64,000 nt of DNA from Rotaria socialis (lineage: Eukaryota): NCBI GenBank assembly GCA_905331295.1, contig CAJNYD010000035.1:310001-374000 (forward strand). Reading direction: 5' to 3'. The notes beneath the pieces were generated by a model. That model did no database searches. It was not told the origin of the DNA and saw nothing but the letters and a program-made list of their open reading frames with translations. This document shows, one piece after another, positions 12,893-25,900 of this stretch. A program made the position numbers and the translations under genes. Position 1 is the stretch's first letter, and every line of letters starts with the position of its first letter.

Positions 12893-12960
12893 ATAAAAGA
12901 GAAAAATATTTCCTTTTTTTGTTCTCCTGTCTATATATTGTCGTTTGTGATTTTTTTCAG

Positions 12961-13902
12961 ATGGGTAAATCAACAAAAGATAAACGAGATATTTATTATC
13001 GTCTGGCAAAAGAACAAGGCCTTCGAGCTCGATCAGCTTTTAAACTTTTACAGATTAACAGTGAATTTAATATTTTAAATGACAATGTGAAACGAGTTGT
13101 GGATCTTTGTGCTGCACCTGGTATGATGAATTTATTTTTAGAAGTAGTCCCGTGAATCCTTTAGTTTACCCTTATAGGAAGTTGGTCTCAAGTTCTTTCT
13201 CGAACTTTATACAAAACTGATTCAGTTGATGATCAAGTTAAAATCGTTGCTGTCGATTTGCAAACCATGGCTCCATTGCCTGGTGTTATACAAATTAAAG
13301 GTGATATAACGAAACGTTCAACAATCGAAGAAATTCTTGGTTGCTTCAAAACATCCGATAATCAAATGAATAAAGCCGATCTTGTTATATGTGATGGTGC
13401 ACCTGATGTAACAGGTTTACATGATATTGATGAGTTCGTTCAAGGGAATCTTGTTCTAGCTGCATTAAATATTTGTCTTCATGTTTTAAATGATAATGGT
13501 AATTTTGTATCGAAAATATTTCGTACAAAAAATATCGATCTACTTTATCAACAATTCAAATTATTTTTCGATGATGTTGTTATTGCTAAACCGCGTTCAT
13601 CAAGAAATTCATCTATTGAATCATTTATTGTTTGTCGACAATTTCATTTGCCGGATGATTTTACTCCGAATATAGACGAACCATTTATTTATGCCTACGA
13701 ACGCACATTAGATAAACAAGAAAATTCATCATTTATAATTCCATTTATTGCATGCGGCAGTTTAGATGGTTTTGATTCTGATAAAACCTATCCGCTAGAA
13801 CAAGATCAATCCTATATTGAACCAGTTCAACCGCCCATTCACCCAGCCTATGAAGAAGCTTGTGCTTTGAAAAAAAATAAAAAACTCCCAACATCTTCTT
13901 GA
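12961..13902 (+). CDS. FTSJ1: tRNA (C32/G34)-2'-O-methyltransferase Trm7/FTSJ1; one intron at ~13122-13177
   Basis: [84 protein letters not shown]. Confidence 0.96.
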
Positions 13903-13958
13903 TGATTGTTTTTCTTTGTTTGTGATCGAACGGTGTTTTTTCTCAATTTTCAGATAAA

Positions 13959-15183
13959 ATGAATGCACGATCACAAACATTTGAATTTGCAGTCGAAGGT
14001 CGACAAATAGACGAAGTTGTTTCTTGTATGTTTCATAGTATTTTATTTCATCGTTGTGTTGGAAAGGTTTGTTAGCAGTTTTTATTTATAAATGAAATTA
14101 CTCTTTGCTTTTCTTTTTTTTTCAAGTATCATACAAACGGTGAAGATAGTTATTCAGTTGGAACTTTAGGCTATACTGATGTCGACTGTGATTATATTGA
14201 TTTTACATATGTAAGCATTCTAAGCGTCCAATCATTACCTTCAGCGCTCAATTGCATACGTCGGAAGCAGAGCTACCAACTGTAATCTCGTTGAGTAAAC
14301 CTAATTCCATTGTATTGTTTCAATGATTAGCTTGCAATAAAATTGGCATCTCTTCGTGTTGATTGACTGCCATCACAATCTGTCTAAAACTAAATCAATC
14401 GACTATTTTCATAATGCTGCTTGTACAGAATATCTTATAATTTTCTTTGATTCCTATATCAGCTCGTTCGATAATAACATATTCTGAATTATCTGCAATG
14501 TTTTAGCTACAAGTAACTAGTCAAGAACTTCAACGTACTGTCGCTGAAAAGATTAATCAATTCCATGATAAACTTCGTTCGTCAGAGTCAAATCGCAGTG
14601 GACAGGTAATTGAAAAACGAAGGGAAAGCGCCGATTTCAAAACTTGTTTTTTCGAATAGATTACCCTGGAGTTTTATCAGAAGAAAAAATCTCGCTGGAT
14701 GTTTAAACCAGAAGAGATTCCATGGGAAATATGGACTATTAAAATTGAACAAATGCAATTATCCAGTGAAAATGGTATTTTTTTTTCGTTGATCTATGTG
14801 AAGATTTTCGAACTGTTTTTTTTTAGAACGACAATTTATGCGTGAAAAACTTTCTGATTCACTTACAGAACGTATTTTTCAAATAACTGAAATAATGTAA
14901 GAAAATAATTTCTTGAAACTTCTTCAACTAATGCATTATTTTTTGTTTTCAAGTAATAAACCTGATTATGTACCTAAACCACCTCATTTATCTGAACTCG
15001 ATTTAGTTTTTGATACATCATATACTGATATTCAACCATATTTATTTAAAGTAACTTACAATAATAAAATGCGAGTGTCGTTATTTTATTTCTCTTTTTT
15101 TCTAGATTCATTTTAGTGATTCACCAACCATTGTCAACCACATGAAAACAATGATTAAAGAAGCATTCAATACATCCCTCTAA
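13959..15183 (+). CDS. ATG101: Autophagy-related protein 101 (HORMA domain), multi-exon
   Basis: [112 protein letters not shown] 15181-15183. Confidence 0.93.
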
Positions 15184-15365
15184 ATAATCAATGAAAAAGC
15201 AAACCGCCATGATTATAAATACGTATATCATAACTTAATTTTCATTGTACTTCATTCTTTTTTTTTGCGATGTGTATATAAATATAAAATCTATATAAAT
15301 TTTTTCGAAGTCTTTTGTTTTCTCTTATCAAAGTTAACTGATTTTTCTTGAAATTTTAGATAATC

Positions 15366-16084
15366 ATGTTTCATCGTTCATCAAATTTCAATCGACTAAT
15401 CGTTGGATCCAATCAAATCATTCAGCCAATACGTGTGCGTACGTTGTTCAATAATGTTTTCCTTGTTGTTAATACTTTGTTTTTCTTATCCTTGTTGTCT
15501 ACTTTAGCGTGCTCGTATACCGTTTTGGGAATTTTTAAAAACAGCATTTCAAGCACGCTCAAATCCCGAAGCTAGCAATCACAGAAAACGTATTGGCGGT
15601 TTTCAACCGATGAAAGTTGAACTTCTGCCTAATCGAACATACTATTGGTGTTCATGCGGTTATGCACATCATCAAGTAAAAATCTCAATTTGCTCGTTTT
15701 CATTCTTTTTTGTAATGGTAAATAATGTCTCTATTGAAGGCTCTTTGCGATCAAGCATGTAAACAGTTGAGAGGCAATTTACGTCCATTAAAATTTACTT
15801 CATCAAAATTTCAAGTGGCTGAATTATGTATGTGTAAATCGACAGAGAGAGCTCCGTATTGTGATCAATCATGTCGCACTCGTTTTGTTGGTATGCAAAT
15901 GCGTATGGGCAATTCTGTCGAAGGAACATATTCGAATGTAAAAGAATTTCTTAATACAATACCGAAAGGTATTGATAATTATCGACAATTTGCTGCTGAT
16001 CGACAAGCTAAACTTGAACATACAGAACGTTTAAGAAAAAAAGTTGATGACGAAAAAAATAAAAAATTTTCTGAAGAAACATAA
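15366..16084 (+). CDS. CISD3/MiNT-like protein with two CDGSH-type Fe-S motifs, both His-to-Cys variants; exons 15366-15434, 15508-15675, 15740-16084
   Basis: Arg/Ser-rich acid-free N-terminus; PMKVELLPNRTYYWCSCGYAHHQ|ALCDQAC, linker LRPLKF, then LCMCKSTERAPYCDQSC; spacing C-x-C-x8-C-x3-[C] matches CDGSH domains. Confidence 0.85.
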
Positions 16085-16165
16085 ATCGATGAATGTTTTA
16101 TAAATAGAATTGATTATTTTTAGATGAACTAGTTTTTCTTTTATGAATCGTCAACATTCGAAATC

Positions 16166-17328
16166 ATGACAGATCGAAAGTAGGGACAACAAATTAAGGG
16201 GGAATTATTGTTTTTGATTTATTTTCCTTTAGAGCAAAACGATCACGCGTAATTCTTAATGATGGAACATGGGACTGCTCATTGTGTACATATAAAAATC
16301 CATGTGTAGCATTTCGATGTGAAATGTGTGATTCAAGAAAAGGAACAGCTACTCGGTAGGATACCGCAAAATATTAATATGATTCAGAGAGAAGTTTCCG
16401 TTTTTTATCCCTTGGAATACTCGGTGTTGTTGAAAAAAGAAAGCTGACAATGTTTGTTTTTTATGTATGCATTTAGAAAACCAAAACTTGTATTAAGCGG
16501 GCATGTTGAGCAATTGCCAAGATCGAAACGTAAAACCGATGACGATTATTCTTCTGATCCATCGACAACTGATGATACAGATGGTCAAGATGATGACGAC
16601 GATGATGATGAAGAATTCCAACACGAAGAACGTAAAAATATTCATTCGAATAATAATAATAATAATCATACACGACGATCATTTCCGAATGATCATTTCA
16701 ATGAAAGTATATCATCTCCAGCATCATCTACAACAACAACACGATCCTATCGGTCCGCTTCACCATCGTCATCATCAAAAATAAACGATCCTTCGAAAAT
16801 ATCAACAACTAAGAAACGACCAACCATTGGCTCATTATCCCGCTCAACCAAATCAATATCAATACCAATAACTAATAAAAAGCCTAATCATGAAAATGAC
16901 CAGAAAAAAATCATCAAACATCAATCATCAAAATCGAAAGATCCTAAACAAAGGCAATCGAACGATAATAATCAAAAAATTAAAGTAACGAGCAATGAAC
17001 GAAATAAGAAAAATGATGTACAGAAAAAAAAGTAAATTATAATTTTATTAAGTATTTCATTGGTAAATTGAATTTCATCTTTAGAAAAAAAATTAAACTA
17101 TCATCACTTTCGTCCATGTCGTCGTCGTCATCAACATCATCAAATTCGTCATCAACGCATACAACAACAACAATAACAGTTGATGGAGTTTCAGTTCGTA
17201 TTACGGAATTAGTTAACAATAAAAACGATTCCTTGACAACAAATGACACTTTTAATAATGGCAATAATCCATCAAGAGCTTCGTCATCATCACCAGCTGA
17301 TCAAAGTCGAAGTCAATCGGAAAAATAG
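16166..17328 (+). CDS. RYBP: RYBP/YAF2 family protein (RanBP2-type zinc finger; non-canonical PRC1 subunit)
   Basis: Exon 16233-16355 encodes WDCSLCTYKNPCVAFRCEMCDSRKGTATR|KPK; last exon has TITVDGVSVRITE resembling the RING1B-binding C-terminal hairpin; long low-complexity middle. RYBP versus YAF2 orthology cannot be resolved. Confidence 0.88.
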
Positions 17329-19246
17329 ACATTTTCTACTATATTGTTTTCTTTTTTTGTACAGGTTATAACAATGATCAAATATCTCTTTGTATGTGTA
17401 AATGTCTGAGCAAAAAAAAATTGTTTTTTTTTGATAGGCTAGTTTGTTTTTGTGTGCAACGGGCAAATTACATTCTTCTTAAAGAATTATCATTAAAATT
17501 TGTTATAAATTGAATCATTGTTGCTTTTCTATTGTTCATTCAACATCTAGAATAGATACAACGGCAGTCTTTTGAGATATAATGCTACACATTTCTGAGC
17601 TGATCAGCAATGCGACCGGTTCGGTTCCAAATACTGGGAACTGATTTCATCTAAATATAAATTCGAATATATTTGTAAACCTGTTCATTTAAAGTGAATG
17701 AAAAAATGATAGCACATTTTTATGGCTTACTCAACTGTTTCATAGATCTTCAGCGACGAGCAATAGTTTTGCTCATCATTCAGTATATACTTTTACAGAC
17801 AATCTTTTAGTAGTAAGTGCAAAACTTTCAAGTTTAGCCAGTCATAGTGATTATTACTTTTTAAACTGTAAGAAACGAAATGAAATTAAAAATTTTGACA
17901 TTCTTTATATCTTGTAGGACTACACTTTCATTTTGAATAGATACGCTTTCCGTCATTATTACAATATTACTTTCAAGTGCTCCATCACTCCGAAATGATA
18001 AAGTAACCAAGTGCATAACAAACGCGGAAAAGCGTAACATATATAAATTATTTATTGAAGCCTAGGCTATATGATATTTTCACAGAACGTCACTCAAAGA
18101 ATAAGAACCTACTAGTTAAAACAAATTGTGTTCTTTGCACTCAATGACGAACGAAAATGTAGCGAATCGTTCTTGACTGACAGAAAAAGTGGATACATAT
18201 CCACTGAACATACGCTGCAAGCATTTCAATGGAACGATATTTCTAAAATAAAAGCGAAATACGTATGCTTTTAACTTTATCTGCAGCTCAGTATTCTGAG
18301 TCTCTCTTAGAACTATAGAAAGTGTTATAATAATGTCTTCAATAAGTTGTTCCAAGTGAATATTCCAAGGAATATTCATAAAAACGACGAGAAATGGATA
18401 CTTTTCTCTGTATTATTTAATTGGTGGTTTGGTTCGGTTCCAGAAAAACAACAAACCGATCCTATCACTAGAACTAATATGCGTAGGAAGTTATCGGAGC
18501 ACAGAAGTTCTTTTTCATCTTTCAGAGGTCCTTTTTCATTTAAGTGCAATCGCGAACGTTACTTGAGGCGCTCGTATGAATATAGTAAATTACCACAATA
18601 GAAGTTTTTGTTTTGATTTGACGAGAAATCTTATCAAATGGCAAATATCTGTATAGTTTACCTTTCGATAAAAGAGAAGTTATATATGTGGTGAGAGAGC
18701 ACTGAATGGCATATAAATAATAAAGCAATTCTATGTGAAGTAATTTCTTTCAATACCCCTTATAAGATCTACCAGGATCTACTAGGATGCCAAGAAAATA
18801 CCCGCATCCACCTCACACCCAAAATCAGGACAGCTCGGTTGACTGCTTGTCGGAAATTTTCATTTTCTACAGCAGAGCACGATAGTATTCCTACTTTTAT
18901 TCTTAATAAAGTCAGTGAAGTATTTGGAAGATTGTTGTAGAAGATAGATAATCATAGTCCAATCAATGTATGCTCTTTTGTCTCCCTCTTAACGATTATT
19001 CTATCCTTGCTATCGTCAATTCATATTTTGAATTCCATCTAAATGGCATGCAACCGTACATGTCTTACTTGGGTAAAAGACAGGTATTTGCACTCTCAAA
19101 AACAAGAAAGACACATCATTTGATTGCTTCATAACATAGATAAGTGATTGACTTTTGCAAGGAAATGGCCAATCAAGCATCGATAAGAACTATTGAATGA
19201 TATTTATTTGCCAAGATTTGTATTCTAAAAGGTAAACTGTCTAATC

Positions 19247-22200
19247 ATGATAAAAACAATAAACATCCCTGATGATTTAACAACGAGCATCATGCCCATA
19301 GTTCATTCTGACCGGTAAGTGGAATGTTTAGCGCTTTTTGAAGAAATTGGTAAACTAGATTTCTAGTCGATCATCGCCACGGACGCAATGCATAGGATTG
19401 TTCTGGATATTTCTCGGTGTTGTTGTCGGCTTTTCGTTCATTGGAAGTATGGCGTTTGCCGTCGTGTATGGTATCGAACAAAATCGAAGAATGAATAATC
19501 AAACGATAACAGGTCTATATTAGGGAATCTTATAGAAATAGAAAAAAATCAAACAAAGTATTTGAACATGAATATTCATTTCAGTCGATGGCAACAGTGA
19601 TTTGTGTTTAACAAGATATTGTGTGAAAGCAGGTCAGAATATTTATATGGATACGATAAATATTATTCTCTGTTTGTAGCAAGTTCTCTAATCGGGAGTA
19701 TCGATGAGACAGTCGATCCGTGTGAAAACTTCTACGAATTTGTCTGTGGTACGCAACTTAAGAACACTAAAATACCAAATGATGGTAAGTTTTCTCTGTT
19801 CTTCTATGCATTTTAGAATTAAACTTCAATTCATTCTATAAAAAAAAAGCCAATTCTCAAGATATATTTGTCACGTTGGAGACGCGGTTGCAAGATGCTA
19901 TTATTGGTAGAGAATACGTCAACCATGCTTTTCCATTGATAGTTTTATTGTTTGCAGATCTTCTGACATTGTCGACATCGAACAATACCAATATACCAAA
20001 AGCAGTTCTTAATGCTCAGCGCTTATTCGCTTCCTGCGTCAATGAAACAGCTATTATGGCAGACTCTGTCAATGTGTTACTATCCTTTGTTAATACAGAA
20101 CTAGGTGGATGGCCCATATTGCAAGGGCCAATGTGGGACGATGCAACATTTAACTTCTCACAGTTACTGCTTAAATTAGCCGAGTATAGTAGCGACGTAA
20201 TTTATATTGCAGGTACAGAGATCGATGAGATGAATTCATCGGTTCAAGCCATTCGAGTAAGATTTATCGTAAACTTGGATGGTTAATCGATATTAATGAT
20301 TCAGATTGGTCAAAGTGATCTTGGTTTGCTAGATCGTAGCTATTATGTTAACGAAAGCGACGTCACTAAAGCTTATCGGCAATTCATACAGAACTTTGCT
20401 TTGGCATTAGCTACAGACAGATCAATGATCAACAATGATGTTAATGATATATTTAATTTTGAAAAAACCATCGCTACGGTAATTTGCTCTTTCTTCTCAT
20501 ACATTCTGTGTCTCACGGCTTTCACTTATTGAACAGTATCATTGGACGTTAAATGAACAGATTGTTCGGCATACTGAGACTATCCATTCGACCATCGGCA
20601 ATCTTTCGTCTGCAATCAACACTACGGTGAGTATTATTTTTGATCTTTCTATCTTCCTATTTGCGTTCAGTTTGACTTTGTTCGTCACCTTCGTCGTCTC
20701 TACCTTTTGGCAAATGTATCTCTTGTTGATACGGATGTTGTAATTGCGAGTGAACTTGACTATTTACGTAATGTTTCATTAATTGTTGATCAACAATCAC
20801 CACGAGTTTTACAAAACTATATGGTATGGCGGTTCATGATGAGTCGGGCATGGATTATACCACGGCGATTTCGAACCATCAAACAACAGTTCGATCAAGT
20901 ATTTCTCGGTACTACTGTTGAGCAAGTACGCGCAATGAAGTGTGCTAGGTATGTCAATTACAATATGGGGTTTGCTGTTTCAAAACTTTATATAGATAAA
21001 TATTTTGACAAGGACGCTCGTATAGAGGTATTCAAAGCTCAATTTGGTGATGAATTTCTATTTTTTTAATTTTTTAACAGTCAATTGTAATGATTGACAA
21101 TATTCGAAATCAGTTTATTGATATTATTAACCAATCGACATGGATGAACTCCATCTCGAAAAGTAGAGCAATCGATAAAGTAAGCGAAATATCAAAATGA
21201 TCTAGACGTTGACAAGACAGATTCCATTATACAGGCCCGGGCTATAAACGCAAAAGTTGGCTATCCAGCCTATTTAGACGACAATAATAACACAAAGTTG
21301 GAGAAAAATTATGCCGAGGTATAAAAAATAGCCAACAATGATTCTTGTGATTCTTTTATTTTTTGTTTCAAAATCTAGTATAATTTCAATTCGTCTTTTG
21401 CACGGAACGTTTTGCTCATGCTCAAACTAAATGCTAAAAAAAATCTTCAAGTGCTTCGACAACTTCTTGATCGAGAGGAATGGATTGGATATACGCCCAC
21501 TATCGTCAATGCCTTTTATAATCCCTCATTTAATGATATCTGTACGAAGAAGAAAACTCTTCCGAGAGTAATATGTCATATATGAATCTACCTTTAGCTT
21601 TTCCAGCTGGCATTCTTCAAACGCCTTTCTTTTACAAAGATGCACCCAAGTGAGATTGCATTAGTTGTCTTATTCGAAAATTTCTGTTTTTGTTCTAGAT
21701 ATCTCAACTATGGCGGTGAGACACAATTCAAAGTAACGAATAGAACAGAAAATAATTTTTAAATTTAGCTATCGGAACGATCATTGGACATGAAATTACA
21801 CATGGCTTCGATAACTTCGGTGGACTGTATGACAAAGATGGAAATAAGATACTCTGGTGGGACAATGAGACATTAAGTGCATTTAACCAACGGAAGACTT
21901 GCATCATTGATCAGTACAACAATTATACAGTGACTCAAATTGATCTTCCGGTGACTTGTTCTATTTTATTTTGTTGAACATAAAAAACTTTTCTTTGACG
22001 TTCAGGTTAATGGTGAACAAACTCAAGGTGAAAATATTGCTGATAACGGTGGACTGAAAGCAGCATTTGCTGTAAGTTCTGCGTATCTTTTACTCGATTC
22101 CAACCTAGATAAGTGTAGGCTTATCAAAAGTGGACTCACATCCATCGAAATCTTGACAAGAAGCTTCCAGGTCTAACGAAATACTCAGTCGAACAAATGT

Positions 22201-22455
22201 TCTTTCTCAATTATGGTCAAATATGGTGTTCGAAGATGACGGATCAATACGTGAGAAATTTAGTTTTGCATGATGTGCATTCACCAAGTCAGTTCAGGTA
22301 ACATCTTTATTCTACAGTTTCTTCAGATGATATAAAAGTTCATTTTTCGATCTAGAATACTCGGTTCTACCTCGAATTTCCCAGAGTTCGATAGAGTATT
22401 TGGCTGTCAACCAGGTCAAGGCAATAGTCGTGTGAATAAGTGTACTGTGTGGTAG
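19247..22455 (+). CDS. Neprilysin / M13 family zinc metallopeptidase, many short exons (start approximate)
   Basis: [36 protein letters not shown], zinc motif GHEITHGFD (~21786), GENIADNGG (~22027), [10 protein letters not shown]-terminal KCTVW*; N-terminal transmembrane segment near 19395-19470. Confidence 0.93.
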
Positions 22456-22709
22456 GAACTGTCCAGCATGGCTCTTTTGATATTGCGATCTTTCACATCA
22501 AGAAAGAAATATGCTCTCTTAGAGATTTGTTTTTCTTCTATCTCGTTCAATTTTCATTTATTTTATTGTGTTTTGATTGAGCTTTCTCTGAATGGCTCGA
22601 GATAGACGAATTTTGAATAAAAATAGTGCTTACATTTTTCAACATGCTTCTCAACGAAAAGAATTTGTTAGTAGGTCGATATCATTAGTTATTGGCGAAT
22701 GTGGGTGTG

Positions 22710-22999
22710 CCCAGGTTGATCAAAACGGACTCGTTTACGGTCTGTTTATCGACGGTAAACGATGTCAAAACAGTATATTTACGGCATTAAATAGGCTTTA
22801 TTTGCCCGTAATACCTGGCGCAGTAATACGGCACCGTAAACGGGATTGAATTTTCATGATTTACGGCTGTTTGTGCTCCGTACTCTCATGATAATACGGT
22901 CCGTATTACTGCGCCAGATATTACGGCAAACTTTCGCCCGTAAAATAGTCGTAAAGTAACCGTCAACGGCCGTATACGGACCGTACTGTTCGACCTGGG
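22710..22999. mobile_element. MITE with ~30-bp imperfect TIRs beginning CCCAGGT
   Basis: Left CCCAGGTTGATCAAAACGGACTCGTTTACGG versus reverse complement of right end CCCAGGTCGAACAGTACGGTCCGTATACGG; internal TACGG/CCGTA repeats; a similar right end occurs at ~5975-5995. Confidence 0.7.
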
Positions 23000-25900
23000 C
23001 CGTTATCAGCTTCGGATCAAAACCTTTGCTCCGACCTGCTGCAACGCTATTATCTCAACAAAATTTCACAATGAACAATATTAAATGCTAATGCAATCAA
23101 CGCTGCTCTCGAGCAGTCACTAGCTCTCAATTAACATATATGCTTCTTTTTAGGTACATGTGAGAAAATGCCTTGCATTTCATGTTAATAGAGAATAATA
23201 TGATATCAATGATAGAGAATCGGAGCCCATCGTGTTACACAGACTCCGCTCTCAGGTACGTACCGACCAGCTCACGAAGCTACTCATCTCCAAATAGCAT
23301 TGCGAAGTGCTATTTTATTGTAACGTCTTGAAGAAATTGCCTTTCTGTTGTTCGGTCTCGATTCACTGACAGTGAACTGATCTTTCCTAGTATTAGAACA
23401 AGTAGCTACAGTAGTTTTCACTGTTCAAGATTCGTGAAGCATACGTATGTTAAAAGATAGGACACGATATTCAATTCGTGAAGTTGAATTGTGCAATAGG
23501 GTTTTAAAGAATAGGAGTCACCTTTGTATTGTCGGTTCTCTCGTATGCTGTGGTTTTCCTTGTCCGTTAGCAAGAACAATTATACTGTAGAATTTAGTAT
23601 CACACTTTTCACTAGGACGGCGATCAATAGTAGGAACAAATATCAAACGAAGAGTGTATACTATGAACAATCTAGCGATAGAAATATTTGCCGTTAGTTA
23701 ATGCCGAAGGACAATCGGAGTCGAAGAAGAATCGCTGAATATACAGGTTCCGAATCTAAATGAAAATAAAAAGCTGAATAAGAATGTGAGCAGCACTCCT
23801 TTTTATCTTTATTCTACGACAGTGATCAGTCAAGCATGATGAAGAGAGAAACATGCACAACTCGATGCTATTTTCATTTGACGATAAAATAAGCATGCAA
23901 TCAGATATGATTGGCTGTGGGTGTGGGTGTGAGGGCATGATTAGTGACCATTGTCTTGACCCACACACCAATTTACCTAATTTTAATTTAATTTAGCTTT
24001 GAATTATTCAATGTTCAAAAGATAAGAGAATGAATCGTCGATATACCGAGCAGTCGTTGGTTAGACCATAAAATAAACAATGAACATTCCTATTGATAAA
24101 ATCTTCTGATTAGCGTTGATCTGGTGTGCGATAAAAAAAATATAACAATAGAACTTTATGAATAAGAATATATACGATTCTTGTTGACCATGAAAAAAAT
24201 ATTGAACAAAACGTCGTACCCACTTCATAGAAAAATGCCTAGAATACAGTTGAAGGAGTTACATTCAAGTTTGTTTTTAGAGTATGGTCAGAAATGAATG
24301 CTCGATAAAGCAATCTTATTTCATGCTTTCACATAGCAAATTCAATCAAATGGATTGACTCTATATGCATTCGTGCTGTTTTTGGCTCCCAAAAAATAGC
24401 GCATAAAACTCGAATACTGTTTGCAGATGAAACAATTCTCCAATCAAAAAAAATATTTCACGAGATATCTCTGAAATAAAAGTTAGATTGCTGAAATTAC
24501 AATTCTAATTAGCCTGCTAATCATGAGTTACTATGTGATATGTGTTTTTTGACATTTTCCTATGCATTCGATTCTATCTTATTGATATAACAGAACCATG
24601 AGAACACAACTGAAGATATATTCCACGGCTGTTTTTCGATCGGCTGTATATAGTGTGTCTCTACAATGACAGTTAACTCTATAGAACATAGGTAATTCAA
24701 ATAAATGTAGCACAAACGAAGTTCCAATACATTCTTAATGCTTTTTGAGTATTATTTGTGAAGTAGAAAGATGGTAAGATTGAACAAATTTGTAAAACAA
24801 TTCATATAGTATTAAAGGAAAAAACATGATGTCTAAATTCGTTGATAAAAAATAGAATTTTTCTAAAAGAATAATATCCTAAAAATCTGTTGATATCACT
24901 TGTATGGAAATCGACTGTATTTTGTTTATCATTCATGATATCAATTTAAAAATCAAGTTCTCAATTTTTAATCGAACAGTTCGAATATATCATTTGTTTA
25001 TAAATTATCGATCCCTTACATGAAAAATTTATTTTCAACCTTTTATTTGAAGAACATCTGAATACTTTTGAAAAAATTGAAAAACCAAGAAAAATTCTTA
25101 TTTTTGACTAGTTCTATTAGATCTCATCGAAAATGTTTCTATTTTGAAAAAATATCTCCATTTCACATAAGCAAATTTTTATTTTTATCTGAAATAGCAA
25201 CAGAATTTCTATGAGACAATCAATGTTGCCAAAAAGAATCAGAAAACTTGCATTTAGCACACCCTCAAGATAGGTAAAGATAGAGTACTCGAACTATATT
25301 TGTTATTAGTCGTAGGAGGATTTGAATTATTAAGTAACACGGAAAAGATACATTTGGCCAAAGACCTATGGATAGATGCTTTTTTCTATATATATTCAAG
25401 CAGGATTGATTGTTTTCTTTTTATAGGTCGATAAAAAAAAAGCTGAAAGAGGATATTTTCTTTGTTCGACTTCTTCTAACTGTGAGCCAAGGTATTTTTT
25501 TTCGATTGTTCTTCTATGTTTGCGCATATATTCAATAGGAGTAAATAACTTTAAATTGAATCTTGAATCAACTAGCAAAATGCAGTTTTTTTGCTTTTTT
25601 TATTAAAGTTTAAAAGTCTTCTTTTTTCTTATACTTCAGTATTCAATCCTAACAAATGTTTATTGGATTATGTCCTTTACTTTTGTTTCTCCAAATACAT
25701 GAAAGAGTAGTAAGCTTCTATTGTATTATATGCATACATTTTATCTTACAGAAATTTTATTTTATTCAGCGTAAGTTCTCCTAGAAGCTATTTCAGAATG
25801 AATTCCACTACATCGTGGTACCCTTCTCTCTGAGTTTCTATGAATTAGAAACTTTTCTTTACATACCACGCAATAAAGAATTTTAAACTATACAAAATTG

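Noticed and set aside
17750..17785. Hairpin GAGCAA...TTGCTC near CTGA as a hammerhead
   Set aside because: Lacks the GAAA core in the correct position.
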